The notes under the pieces were generated by a model. It was not told the DNA's origin and searched no databases. It saw only the letters and a program-made list of their open reading frames with translations. Below, in pieces: positions 32,310 to 43,200 of a stretch of DNA of 64,000 nt. The DNA lies in the NCBI GenBank assembly GCA_964550455.1, contig CAZJZG010000005.1, forward strand, positions 15,008-79,007. Direction: 5' to 3'. Position numbers and translations under genes: made by a program. How positions within the stretch are numbered: position 1 is the first letter of the stretch; each line of letters opens with the position of its first letter. The stretch is from an uncultured Bacteroidales bacterium. Lineage in GTDB: Bacteria; Bacteroidota; Bacteroidia; Bacteroidales; JAAYJT01.

Positions 32310-33641
32310 TTGAAACAACTTCCATCATACAGACAAATCTGGCGGATCTCATATCCATTAATACTCAGTTTATTAGCTCAGAATGTTATAAATGTGACTG
32401 ATACTGCATTTATGGGCAGGGTGGGTGAAGTAGAGCTTGGAGCTACTGCCATTGCCGGCATTTTTTATGTTGTGCTCTACATGCTTGGATTTGGTTTTAG
32501 TATAGGTTCTCAGATTCTTATGGCAAGGCGTAATGGTGAGGGAAAACTGAAAGATATTGGGAATATTATGGACCACAGCATATATGTCATGCTAATAATT
32601 GGCATTTTCCTGTTCATCACTTTGCGGCTTTTCTCCGCCGATATGCTGCGCCCGTTTATTGCTTCTAACGATATCTTCAATGCTTCGGTTATTTATCTGC
32701 AATACAGGATGTATGGGATATTTTTTGCTTTCTTCAATGTGTTGTCAAGGGCTTTCTTTGTTGCAGTAACTAAAACCAGAATGCTTACCGTAAGCAGTAT
32801 CATAATGGCAAGCGTAAATGTGTTCCTTGATTATGTTTTGATATTCGGACATTGGGGCTTTCCTGAAATGGGAATTGGAGGTGCAGCACTGGCATCAGCT
32901 ATTGCTGAAGGAAGTTCGGCTTTGTTCTTCCTGATCTATTTTCTTGCCACGAACGACAGATTTAAGTATCAGTTATTCCGTTTCCCGCGGATAAACTTCT
33001 CAACGGTTCGGCAAATATTTGATATCTCATTATTTGTAATGCTGCAGCATTTTTTCTCTTTAGCCGTATGGTTTGTGTTTTTCATGATAATTGAAAAAAT
33101 GGGTGAGCGTTCGCTTGCAATCGCTAATATCATCCGAAGTCTTTATATGGTGCTTATGATACCTGTATGGGCGTTCAGCTCAACAACAAATACTCTGGTA
33201 AGCAATATAATAGGGGAGGGGTTAAGCGAAATGGTCATCCCTGTCATTCGTAAGGTTACCAGAATAACATTGTTCAGCGTATTTTTAATGATTATACCTT
33301 TGTTGATTATACCCGGATTGTTTATCAGGGTTTATACTCCTGATGCTTCACTTATAGCTGACAGTATCCCTTCGGTATTTGTGATCCTGGGTGCGACAGT
33401 CATTTTTGCCCTCATACAAAATATGTTCAGCGGTATTTCAGGAACCGGTAATACCCGCGATGCTTTGCTGATTGAGAGTTTAACACTGGTGGGTTATCTG
33501 GTTGTTGCATGGCTGATTGGTATAAAACTTCAGCAACCAATTACTTTTGTGTGGTTTTGTGAATATTTCTATTATATAGCTTTAGGACTGATCTCATATT
33601 ATTATATGAAGTCCAGGAGATGGGAACACAAAGTTATTTAA
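32310..33641 (+). CDS. MATE family efflux transporter
   Basis: 443 aa with a TTG start and 12 TM helices. The N-terminal IWRISYPLILSLLAQNVINVTDTAFMGRVG is typical of MATE. Confidence 0.8.
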   Translation: MKQLPSYRQIWRISYPLILSLLAQNVINVTDTAFMGRVGEVELGATAIAGIFYVVLYMLGFGFSIGSQILMARRNGEGKLKDIGNIMDHSIYVMLIIGIFLFITLRLFSADMLRPFIASNDIFNASVIYLQYRMYGIFFAFFNVLSRAFFVAVTKTRMLTVSSIIMASVNVFLDYVLIFGHWGFPEMGIGGAALASAIAEGSSALFFLIYFLATNDRFKYQLFRFPRINFSTVRQIFDISLFVMLQHFFSLAVWFVFFMIIEKMGERSLAIANIIRSLYMVLMIPVWAFSSTTNTLVSNIIGEGLSEMVIPVIRKVTRITLFSVFLMIIPLLIIPGLFIRVYTPDASLIADSIPSVFVILGATVIFALIQNMFSGISGTGNTRDALLIESLTLVGYLVVAWLIGIKLQQPITFVWFCEYFYYIALGLISYYYMKSRRWEHKVI

Positions 33642-33770
33642 AGGTTCGGGAAAGTATAAAAGCTTAATTATCAATGATTATGCTGATATTGCTTTTTAAT
33701 AAAATAAACAAGAAGCCGGAGTAAATCAGAAAAGGAATATTTTTGCTTTTGTAACTAACTGGTAACTATC

Positions 33771-35441
33771 ATGACTGAGGTCAATTCGCAGAATAAAGTC
33801 AGAACATTCAATACACAGTATTTTATGATTGGATCTATGGCTTTGTTAATGGTATCGTTGACCCTGTCGCCATATTTCATGAGTGTCGCACAATTCATGA
33901 TGGTGTTCTTCTGGTTGTGCGACATTGTAGATACAAGCTTTGATGTTCAGAATAAAAAAACGACTTCAGGTGTTCTGAAAAATGTTTTTGCTTTTATAGG
34001 TTCTTGTCTGGTTCGGATGTATAAAAACCTGACAATCCGAACAAAACAATTCATGTCAAATAAACCGGCTCTGATATTCACATCTGCATATTTCATGCAC
34101 ATTGCAGGAATGTTATGGACCGGCGATTTTCTTAACGGATTGGGTGACCTTCGCATAAAATTACCATTACTTATTCTGCCGCTGATTATCAGTACAATGA
34201 CCCCTTTGAACAAAAAACAGTTCCATTTTCTTTTAATCATATATATCAGTGCTGTATTTGTAAATACTCTTATAAGCACCTGGGTGTTATTTAAGACAAA
34301 TGTTGTTGATACAAGAGATATTTCGCTGTTTATATCCCATATACGTTTCAGCCTGAATATATGCCTTGCTGTTTTCATCCTGATTTATTTTGTTTTCAAA
34401 CCCGGAACCCTGTTCAATATTCCCAAAACAGTTTTAATTCTTCTTATTGCCTGGTTCGTTATTTTCCTGTTTATGCTTAAATCTTTGAGCGGGATTGTTG
34501 TTTTTATCGTTGTTGCTTTTATTCTTACTATTGTTAAGATACGTGAGATCAAACAAATACGGATTAAGCATGTATTGTTTTCTATTGTTTTTGTAATCCC
34601 TTTACTGATAATAGCCTATGTTTTTTCAGTTGTGAAAAACTATACTACTCCAGAACCTTTGCTTGCTGATACTCTTAGCACTCATACCGAAATGGGCAAT
34701 CCGTATCAGCATGATACTATGAGCCTTGGAATTGAAAACGGACGTTATATTGGCTTATATGTAAGCTGGGATGAACTTGAAGAAGCATGGAACAAGGTAA
34801 GTGAAATTGATTTTAATGGTTTGGACAAAAGAGGTAACAAAATCGCATACACCCTCATACGCTATCTTAATTCAAAGGATCTGAGGAAAGATGCTTCAGG
34901 CGTCAGGCAGCTTTCTGAAAAGGATATTGCAAATGTTGAAAATGGTGTTGCCAACATAATTTATCTAAACCGCTTTAATATAAAAAGCAAAATATTTGAT
35001 GCAGTAATGGGGTATCAGAGATTAAAACTGCATGATGATCCTAATTCAAATACTTTCACTCAAAGGATTGAACACTGGAGGGCTTCAATACATGTTATCA
35101 GGCAGCATCCTTTGTTTGGAGTGGGTACAGGCGATGTTGACCGTGCCATAAGAAATGCCTATGATGAATTAAATTCAAATCTTGAAAGCAGGTGGAGGAT
35201 GAACCCTCATAATCAGTATTTTACAATAGCAATTGGATTTGGATTGATAGGACTTGCATGGTATATTATTGCTTTGATTCTGCCGGTATTTATGTTAGAA
35301 AAACAAAATAATTATTTCCTGTGGATTCTTATTGCTATTGTGGGTATTTCCATGCTTTTCGACGATACTTTAAATACTCAGGCAGGAATTACATTTTTCA
35401 CCTGTTTCTATTTCTGTTTTGCTTATTTCAATGATTATTAA
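33771..35441 (+). CDS. O-antigen ligase family membrane protein
   Basis: 556 aa and polytopic. It has a periplasmic loop with RIEHWRASIHVIRQHPLFGVGTGD and PHNQYF (Wzy_C-like). Confidence 0.7.
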   Translation: MTEVNSQNKVRTFNTQYFMIGSMALLMVSLTLSPYFMSVAQFMMVFFWLCDIVDTSFDVQNKKTTSGVLKNVFAFIGSCLVRMYKNLTIRTKQFMSNKPALIFTSAYFMHIAGMLWTGDFLNGLGDLRIKLPLLILPLIISTMTPLNKKQFHFLLIIYISAVFVNTLISTWVLFKTNVVDTRDISLFISHIRFSLNICLAVFILIYFVFKPGTLFNIPKTVLILLIAWFVIFLFMLKSLSGIVVFIVVAFILTIVKIREIKQIRIKHVLFSIVFVIPLLIIAYVFSVVKNYTTPEPLLADTLSTHTEMGNPYQHDTMSLGIENGRYIGLYVSWDELEEAWNKVSEIDFNGLDKRGNKIAYTLIRYLNSKDLRKDASGVRQLSEKDIANVENGVANIIYLNRFNIKSKIFDAVMGYQRLKLHDDPNSNTFTQRIEHWRASIHVIRQHPLFGVGTGDVDRAIRNAYDELNSNLESRWRMNPHNQYFTIAIGFGLIGLAWYIIALILPVFMLEKQNNYFLWILIAIVGISMLFDDTLNTQAGITFFTCFYFCFAYFNDY

Positions 35442-35608
35442 CAAATATATACGTATCGAATATTTATCTGGTTATGAAAAAACAGAAAAAATCAGACTAT
35501 TGTTGATAAATTAATTAAGTGTACTTTTGTAATTTTTAGTGGGATTTAAAGAAAAAACCAATAGCTGAATAATAAACAGTGCCTTTTGGTATTGTGTAAT
35601 ACTCAACT

Positions 35609-36592
35609 ATGTCAAACGAAAATAAAAATATTGAGTGGTTTGTAATTGTGAACCCTAATGCCGGCAGACGCAAAGGTGAGAGAGACTGGCCTGAGATTGC
35701 CAGGCTCCTTGCTGCGGCTAATATACGTTACAAGAGTGTGTTTACACAACATCGTATTCATGCTATACGAATGGCAAGAAAATATGTTGAAATGGGCTAC
35801 CGGAATATTATTGTAGTTGGCGGCGATGGTACTATGAATGAGGTGGTTAATGGTATTTTTACCCAATCCAAAAGACCTTCCAACAGCATTACAGTTGGTC
35901 TTATCCCGGTAGGAACTGGCAACGATTGGTGCCGAATGTTTGGAATACCTTACGATTACAAAAGTGCTATTGATGTGATAACCGGAGACAAGACTTTTTT
36001 GCAGGATGTAGGCTGGGTTAAATTCCAGCAGGAAGGAAAGGAAAAAAACCGCTATTTTGTGAATATGGCAGGTATGGGTTATGATGCTTTAGTAGCTGAA
36101 AAAACAAATAAGCAAAAAGATCAGGGAAAAGGTGGTCCATTGTCTTATATGTTAAATATTTTTTCGAGCTTGTTTTCTTTTAAAGAAACCATGATCGAGA
36201 TATCAGTTGATGGTGAAGATGTTCTGAAAGCTCCTGTATTTACTATGAATGTTGGTATTTGTAAATTCAATGGCGGAGGTATGATGCAGCTTCCGAATGC
36301 AATACCCGATGATGGTATCCTTGATATAACAGTTATTAAAAAACTTAGTCGCTTCAAAGTAGTAAGCTCAGTTGCAAAATTATATGATGGCTCGTTCACG
36401 CGCATGCCTCAGGTAAAAACATTCAAAGGAAAATCAATTGTAATCAATTCAAAACCTGAGGTCTATATGGAGGCTGATGGTGAATCGTTAGGGCATAGCC
36501 CTTTTAAATTTGGCATTGTACCCAAAAGCCTTAAAGTAATTATTGGAAAGGAAATGCAGGTTACGGATACTTCCACTGATTCTCAGCCTTAA
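35609..36592 (+). CDS. diacylglycerol/lipid kinase family protein (YegS-like)
   Basis: 327 aa with the DAGK catalytic motif IIVVGGDGTMNEVVNG and PVGTGNDW. Confidence 0.8.
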   Translation: MSNENKNIEWFVIVNPNAGRRKGERDWPEIARLLAAANIRYKSVFTQHRIHAIRMARKYVEMGYRNIIVVGGDGTMNEVVNGIFTQSKRPSNSITVGLIPVGTGNDWCRMFGIPYDYKSAIDVITGDKTFLQDVGWVKFQQEGKEKNRYFVNMAGMGYDALVAEKTNKQKDQGKGGPLSYMLNIFSSLFSFKETMIEISVDGEDVLKAPVFTMNVGICKFNGGGMMQLPNAIPDDGILDITVIKKLSRFKVVSSVAKLYDGSFTRMPQVKTFKGKSIVINSKPEVYMEADGESLGHSPFKFGIVPKSLKVIIGKEMQVTDTSTDSQP

Positions 36593-38321
36593 GCAGGTCA
36601 ATAAGCTCATTGATTGCATCTTGCTCAGCAATATTTTTTTTCATCAGTGTCTGTCCTTTATACAGGGCAACTCGCCCGTTTCCTTGTCCTACATAGCCAT
36701 AATCAGCATCAGCCATTTCGCCCGGACCATTAACAATACAGCCCATTACTGCAATTTTCAACCCTTTCAGATGCGAAGTAGCCTGTTTTACCCTTTCAAG
36801 TGCAGTTTCAAGGTCATACTGCGTTCTGCCACAACCCGGACAAGCTATATATTCAGTTTGTGTAATACGGCTACGGGTAGCCTGCAATACTCCAAATGCA
36901 ATTCTGGCTAATGTCTGTTTGTCAATTTTATTATTTCTTAGATAGATACCATCGCATAAACCATCATTTAGCAAGGGAGCTAATCTTATGGCTGAACGAA
37001 TGGCAAATCTGTAAATATTATTGTCAGCTTCAGCAAAAGACAATAATACAGGCAGCCTGAAATTGTTTTTATCAATAAAATCAATTATTTTACGGGTCTT
37101 ATGTATTGATGACAAATTACTTAGCTCAAAAACCGGAATGATCTTACTTGTTTTAATTTCTGGAATTTTCAAGAAATCCATTATCGTAGAGGATAAAGGA
37201 TCGAGTAGTAAGTAGTTGATTCCCTGATTTTTGAAGTCGTAATCGGAATTTGTTGTAATTTTTCCTGCATTTCCTTCCGTAATGAGATCTTCGTTAATAG
37301 TGTGAACTTGTGAATCTCCCCAGATTACAACCGGTATATTTCCTCCACCAATATTTTCAATAGTTTTGCTGTGGCGGCGCCGGTAATCAATCAGCGAAGC
37401 GTCAGTAAAAACATCTGAGTTATAAACTATTACACCGTTACCGGTTCTTGGTTCTTCGAAAAATGATAATATTTCCCTGGCAACCGGAATTTCATTTTCG
37501 GGGGCTTCAGTAAGCGAAACTCTGATGGTATTGCCAATACCATCGGCAAGTAGAGTTCCTATACCTGCAGCCGATTTAATTCGTCCTTCAAGCCCATTTC
37601 CTGCCTCAGTAACACCAAGATGTATTGGATACTGCATCTGTTCTGCGAACATTTTTTGAACCAGAAGTCGTGTGGCTGCTACCATTACCCTTACATTGCT
37701 TGATTTCATTGAGAGTACAAGCTGATGAAATTCTGCATTATGACACATCCTCACAAATTCCATTGCCGATTCAGCCATGCCTGCAGGCGTATCACCGTAG
37801 CGCTGCATTATCCTCCCTGACAATGACCCGTGATTTACCCCAATACGTATGGCGGTGCCGTTTTGCCGGCAAATATCAAGCAGAGGTTTAAGTCGTTCGG
37901 AAATCCTAAGTAATTCCGTATTGTATTCATCATCAGAGTATTGGAGGTTTATCTGTCGTTTGTCAACGAAATTTCCGGGATTTATCCTTACTTTTTCTAC
38001 CAGTCCGGCAGCAGTTTCAGCAACTGAAGGACTAAAATGTACATCGGCTATCAGTGGGATATTGATACCGGCATCACGAAGTTCTTTTTTTATATTAGCA
38101 AGGTTCTTAGCTTCTTTATGGTTACGAGCAGTTATTCTGATTAGAGCACAACCGGCTTCAGTAAGCCTTTTACATTGCTCTGCAGTAGCCTTAGTGTCGG
38201 ATGTTGAAGTATTGGTCATTGACTGAACACTTACAGGTTCGCTACCTCCAATAACTACACTCCCGATCTTTACCGGTCGGGGATTCCATATAAGGGATGA
38301 ATTTTGATCAAATGAATTCAT
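36561..38321 (-). CDS. ispG: 4-hydroxy-3-methylbut-2-en-1-yl diphosphate synthase, long form with insert domain
   Basis: 586 aa. It has PVSVQSMTNT, RINPGNF, and the C-terminal 4Fe-4S ligand region ACPGCGRT ... MGCIVNGPGE. It converges with and overlaps the lipid kinase gene by 32 nt. Confidence 0.9.
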   Translation of the reverse strand: MNSFDQNSSLIWNPRPVKIGSVVIGGSEPVSVQSMTNTSTSDTKATAEQCKRLTEAGCALIRITARNHKEAKNLANIKKELRDAGINIPLIADVHFSPSVAETAAGLVEKVRINPGNFVDKRQINLQYSDDEYNTELLRISERLKPLLDICRQNGTAIRIGVNHGSLSGRIMQRYGDTPAGMAESAMEFVRMCHNAEFHQLVLSMKSSNVRVMVAATRLLVQKMFAEQMQYPIHLGVTEAGNGLEGRIKSAAGIGTLLADGIGNTIRVSLTEAPENEIPVAREILSFFEEPRTGNGVIVYNSDVFTDASLIDYRRRHSKTIENIGGGNIPVVIWGDSQVHTINEDLITEGNAGKITTNSDYDFKNQGINYLLLDPLSSTIMDFLKIPEIKTSKIIPVFELSNLSSIHKTRKIIDFIDKNNFRLPVLLSFAEADNNIYRFAIRSAIRLAPLLNDGLCDGIYLRNNKIDKQTLARIAFGVLQATRSRITQTEYIACPGCGRTQYDLETALERVKQATSHLKGLKIAVMGCIVNGPGEMADADYGYVGQGNGRVALYKGQTLMKKNIAEQDAINELIDLLKAENQWKYP

Positions 38322-38362
38322 TTATGGTGTTCTGAATTTTTCAGCAAAAATAAATCAACTGC

Positions 38363-40153
38363 TTATAACTGCGATAGAAATTCAACAAGTCCGGTGTCGG
38401 AATTTGTAAGATTCAATTTGCGCCTCAGGCGGGTACGGGCAACTTCAATACTTCTGATTGATTGTCCGGTAATTGATGCAATTTCCTTGGTGCTCATATT
38501 TAGACGTAAAAAAGCACAAAGTCTGCGGTCGTTTGTCGTAAGATCCGGATTTATAAGGTTGAGTTTATCGTAATATTCATTATGAACCTGCTGAAACCTT
38601 ACCTCAAACTCATTCCATACAGCAGTATTCCGGGTTTTCTTTAAACCCGATACAAAACCGAGAATAAGATGCTGATCTTCTTTGCGCAATGTTTTACTAA
38701 AGTTTTGAAGCTTTTGCGTAATTTCATTCACAAGCTCATTTTGTTGAATTTGATGCATTACATTGGTAGTCAGCTCTTTATTTCGTATTTCCAATTCCTG
38801 ACCAAGAGTGGTTTTTTCGAGTTCAAGGTTTTTTGATACCAGTTGCACATTCTTTTTTTCAAGTTTTAGTCTTTTCATTCTACCCCATAGCAGGAAATAT
38901 AAAAGGGTAAGAATTATAACTGTAAGAAACAATACAAGGCCTGCAATAAAATATCTTAGTTCTTTTCGTTTCTGATTCGCTTGCCTTATAAGGTCCTGCT
39001 GTTCAAACTGCGCTGTAAGCTCAATACGTGTTAATTCTTTCAGAGCCTCATCCTTGTTCATGATATCATTTAATTCCATTAGAAGAATATGATATTTTAA
39101 AGCCGAGTCGCTTTGATTCAGAAGCTGATAATTATTATAAATATCGTTGCATATTTCGGCTTTAAGTGAATTATTTCCAATCTCCTTGGCAATTGAAAAT
39201 GCTTTGTTCAGATATTCCCTGGCTTCTTGATTGTTGTTTAGAATTGTATGATATCGGGCTATCATTTTATACGAGGAAGCTTCGCCGGCACGATCTTTAT
39301 TCTTTAATCTTATTTTCAATGCTTCTTCCATAGGCGATAAAGCTTCTGTGGTCTTATTCATATCCAATAAAACCGAACTTAGATTATTGAACAGCATTGC
39401 AAAAATTTCACTTTCTTCTGAGGTTTTTTCTGCAAGTTCAATCCCTTTGTTGTAGTATTCAATGGCTTTGTTTACATCTTTTTCGCGCTGATAGATAATT
39501 CCGAGATTATTATAAATATGTATTGATTCTTTATCGAACGATTTTGAAGGGTCTGCTGATTCAGCCTGACGGAAGGATTCAAGAGCGCCGAGAAAATATT
39601 TTTCTGCCTGCTCAAATTGATTGAGCTTTATATTTATAGCTCCTAGATTTATCTGTGCGAACGCAATGGGGATTACATTTTCAATCCCATGCTGCAGCTC
39701 GATATATTTCTCAAAATAGTTTACTGCAATAGGGAATAGTCCTTGCGCAAACGAAACATTACCCAGGTTGAACAAAGCATAGGCAACAGATCTCTTGTTC
39801 CCTGTTTTTTCAGCAATTTCAAGGGCTTGCTGAGAGTATTGCAATGAGAGTGACAGATCACTTTTTTCGTGTATCCTTGATATTTCAACAAGTATGTTGA
39901 CTTTTGAAGTGTCGTGCCTTGTGGTTTCGAGCAGATGATATAGCGAATCCAGCCTGCTTTGATTGTTTGCTGCTGTGTGCGAACAAACCCAAATCAGAAT
40001 TGAAACAATAATGAATGTTTTATTTGAAATTCTTTTCAACAATAGCGTTTCTGATTTCAGCAAAAATACAAAAAGTTTATGCTGTTTGAACCATAAAACA
40101 GGCAATGTGAAAATGTATTCAAATAAAAAAGAATTTGTAATTTTATAGCGCAA
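38363..40153 (-). CDS. membrane-anchored TPR-repeat regulator with C-terminal LuxR-type HTH
   Basis: 596 aa. Multiple TPR-like repeats are followed by the TM helix YFIAGLVLFLTVIILTLLYFLLWG and a coiled coil. The C-terminal RRLCAFLRLNMSTKEIASITGQSIRSIEVARTRLRRKL is a LuxR/GerE HTH. The start is uncertain: TTG at 40153 or a downstream TTG near 40040. Confidence 0.7.
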   Translation of the reverse strand: MRYKITNSFLFEYIFTLPVLWFKQHKLFVFLLKSETLLLKRISNKTFIIVSILIWVCSHTAANNQSRLDSLYHLLETTRHDTSKVNILVEISRIHEKSDLSLSLQYSQQALEIAEKTGNKRSVAYALFNLGNVSFAQGLFPIAVNYFEKYIELQHGIENVIPIAFAQINLGAINIKLNQFEQAEKYFLGALESFRQAESADPSKSFDKESIHIYNNLGIIYQREKDVNKAIEYYNKGIELAEKTSEESEIFAMLFNNLSSVLLDMNKTTEALSPMEEALKIRLKNKDRAGEASSYKMIARYHTILNNNQEAREYLNKAFSIAKEIGNNSLKAEICNDIYNNYQLLNQSDSALKYHILLMELNDIMNKDEALKELTRIELTAQFEQQDLIRQANQKRKELRYFIAGLVLFLTVIILTLLYFLLWGRMKRLKLEKKNVQLVSKNLELEKTTLGQELEIRNKELTTNVMHQIQQNELVNEITQKLQNFSKTLRKEDQHLILGFVSGLKKTRNTAVWNEFEVRFQQVHNEYYDKLNLINPDLTTNDRRLCAFLRLNMSTKEIASITGQSIRSIEVARTRLRRKLNLTNSDTGLVEFLSQL

Positions 40154-40165
40154 AACAATTTTAAA

Positions 40166-40243
40166 TAAAAAAGGCGACTTGCGCCGCCTTGAATGTCTTC
40201 ACAACGGAAAAAATCCTTATTGTGAATTGCTTTAAATTGTGCT
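40166..40243 (-). ncRNA. tracrRNA: predicted tracrRNA (about 75 nt)
   Basis: The minus strand reads ACAAUUUAAAGCAAUUCACAA UAAGGAUUUUUUCCGUU GUGAAGACAUUCAA GGCGGCGCAAGUCGCC UUUUUU. The first 21 nt are complementary to nt 2-23 of the CRISPR repeat in GUUGUG orientation (14 bp + 1-nt bulge + 7 bp). A nexus-like AAGG..CCGUU, a small hairpin UGAA-GACA-UUCA, and a GNRA-capped terminator hairpin with U6 (40167-40188) follow. Confidence 0.8.
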
Positions 40244-40244
40244 G

Positions 40245-40252
40245 CAAATATA
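40245..40252 (-). promoter_or_regulatory. -7 promoter box TATATTTG for the tracrRNA
   Basis: Perfect TAnnTTTG (extended TATATTTGCA, as upstream of rplS) ending 4-5 nt before the first anti-repeat nucleotide. A TTTG lies 23 nt upstream, longer than the usual spacing. Confidence 0.6.
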
Positions 40253-40279
40253 AGTAATAATATTTTAATACTTTGCAAA

Positions 40280-43200
40280 ATGATAAAAAAAATTTTAGGA
40301 CTTGATCTTGGTACCAGTTCTATTGGCTGGGCTTTAATAGCTGAAAACAATGATACAGTGGATATTATTGGAATAGGAACCAGAATTATACCATTGAGTA
40401 CAGATGAAAAGGATGAGTTCTCAGCAGGGAACCAGATTTCAAAAAATCAAAAAAGAACTGCTAAACGAACACAGAGGAAAGGATACGATCGCTATCAGTT
40501 ACGAAGAAAGGCACTTGTGTCATTACTTAAATCACTTGATGTTTTACCGGAAGAAGATCTGATGAAACTTGATGCTTTGGAATTATGGAAAATAAGGGCT
40601 AACGCAGTAAACCAAAAAATAGAACTAAAGGAATTTGCAAGAGTTTTGCTTCATTTAAACCAGAAACGTGGATACAAGAGCAGTAGAAGTGATGCAAATC
40701 TTGGAAAGAAAGATACTGAATATGTTGCCGAAGTTAAAGGAAGACACCAATTAATTAAAGAGCAGGGTATTACTATAGGGCAGAAATTTTATTCTGAATT
40801 GATGAACAATAGCAATTACAGGATAAAACAGCAGGTGTTTCCAAGAGAGGCATATATTGAAGAATTTGATTTGATATGTGAAGAACAAAAAAAGCACTAT
40901 CCTGAAATAATAACTGATGAACTTGTTGAAAAACTCAAAAATAAAATTATTTATTATCAGCGTAAATTGAAATCCCAGAAGGGATTAATCAGTATTTGTG
41001 AGTTTGAAGGATTCTTTAAAACTAATAAAAAAGGCAAAGACGTATTTGTAGGACCAAGAGTTGCACCACGTAGTTCTCCGTTGTTTCAGGTTTGTAAAAT
41101 ATGGGAAACAATTAATATTCTGACATTGAAAAACAGAAGGGGAGAAAAATACGAGTTTACCTCTGATGATAAGCAGAAAATATTTGAATATCTTGACAAC
41201 AATGAGAAACTCACTGCTACTGAGCTATACAAAATTATAGGAATTAATAAAAACGATGGTTGGTATCATAACAAACAAATTGAAAGAGGTATTCAGGGTA
41301 ACTTGACTAAAGTTGAAATTCTGAAAGTTCTAAATACTAACAATGAGCATTTGAATTTTGAATTAAGAGTTGATGAAACAGATGAGGAAGCCTTTCTGAT
41401 TGATAAGAATACCGGAGAGATAAAAGAACAAAAGAGTAGAAAAACCATATGTTCAGATATAGAAAAACAGCCGCTTTACCAACTGTGGCATGTAATTTAT
41501 TCTATAAGCGATACAGATGAATGTGAAAATGCTTTGATTAAAAAATTTGGATTTGACTCCGAAACAGCGAAGCGCTTAACTGATATTGATTTCAGAAAAG
41601 GAGGTTTCGGAAACAAATCAAGCAAAGCAATGAGAAAAATACTTCCCTATCTTATTGAGGGCTACATGTATAGCGATGCATGTTCCTTTGCTGGTTATAA
41701 TCATTCCGGTAGCTTGACAACTGACGAGAATTTAAAAAGAGTTTTAATTGATAAGCTGGCTTTACTTCCTAAAAATAGTTTGCGTCAGCCGGTTGTTGAG
41801 AAAATCCTTAATCAAATGATAAATCTTGTTAATGCTATAATTGAAAAATATGGTAAGCCTGATGAGATAAGAATAGAACTTGCACGAGAATTAAAGCAGA
41901 GCAAGGAAGAGCGTAACGATACTTTTAAATTCATGAACAAACGGGAAAAAGAAAATGAAATAATAAGAAAAAGACTAACTGAAGAATATAATGTAAGGGC
42001 TACCAGGAATAATGTAATAAAATTCAGATTGTTTGAGGAAATTGAAAATGAAGATAGCAAAATAAACGCTATGTGTATTTACTGCGGTAAGCATTTTGGA
42101 ATAACTGATGCACTTTCTGGAGATAATGTAGATGTTGAACATATTATTCCAAAATCGTTGCTATTTGATGATTCCCAAAGCAATAAAACACTTTCTCACC
42201 GCCATTGCAATGAGGCAAAGGGCAACCGGACTGCCTATGATTATATGTCGTCAAAAGGAAAAGAAGAGTTTGACGAGTATCTACACCGGGTTGAAATGTT
42301 ATATAAAAACCGGATAATTGGGAAAACTAAACGTGATAAACTCCTGATGCCGCAAAATAAAATCCCTTTGGATTTTATTGAAAGACAGTTACGTGAAACA
42401 CAATATATTTCCAAAAAGGCAAGAGAGATACTTATGCAGGTTTGCCGCAATGTTTGGAGTACCAGTGGTAGTGTTACTGAATATCTGAGAACAATATGGG
42501 GGTGGAATGACGTATTGCATAATTTGCAATTCTCTTTACACAAAGAACATGGATTAACTGAAATAGTTGATTGGGAAAGTAACGGACAATTGCACACACG
42601 TGAAGTAATAAAAGGATGGAATAAACGCGAGGATCACAGACATCATGCCATTGATGCACTTGTAATTGCATGTACAAAGCAAGGATTTATACAGCGTATA
42701 AATAATCTTAGCAGTAAAGGAAATAGAGAAGAAATGTATGAACTGATTAGAGATATGCCTTTTGAATTAAGAGAAAACCTAAGCTTGCTTGAGAAATATC
42801 TGATAATGCAAAGACCATTCACTACAGCAGAGGTTGAAAATAAAGCTGCTGAAATCCTTATTTCGTTTAAACCTGGAAAGAAAGTTGCAACTACCGGCAA
42901 ACGAATAATTAAGAAAAATGGTAGAAAAAAAGTTGTGCAAACTGGTATTATAGTGCCCCGTGGTTCTTTAAGTGAGGAAAGTGTTTATGGCAGAATAAAA
43001 GCATTAAGTACTGATTTTAAGAGTGGTATGCTTGAAAAACATCCTGCAAAATTTTTGTTTAATAATCCTCATCTGATTTTTAAACCTTATATTAAAAATC
43101 TGGTTGAAGCACGCCTGGCTGAATATAATGATGATGTGAAAAAGGCACTTGCTTCATTAAAAAAGAAACCAATATTTCTTGATAAAGATAATAGCGTTGA

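Noticed and set aside
36561-36592. 32-nt convergent overlap of the lipid kinase and ispG 3' ends
   Set aside because: Short convergent overlaps are common in compact genomes. Both ORFs have intact conserved C-termini, so this is not a frameshift or pseudogene signal.
40268-40275. Possible cas9 promoter box ATACTTTG just upstream of the cas9 ATG
   Set aside because: It does not fit TAnnTTTG (the TA is displaced) and ends only 4 nt before the ATG, so it would imply a leaderless mRNA. I found no convincing cas9 promoter in the 40-bp gap, and the location stays unresolved.
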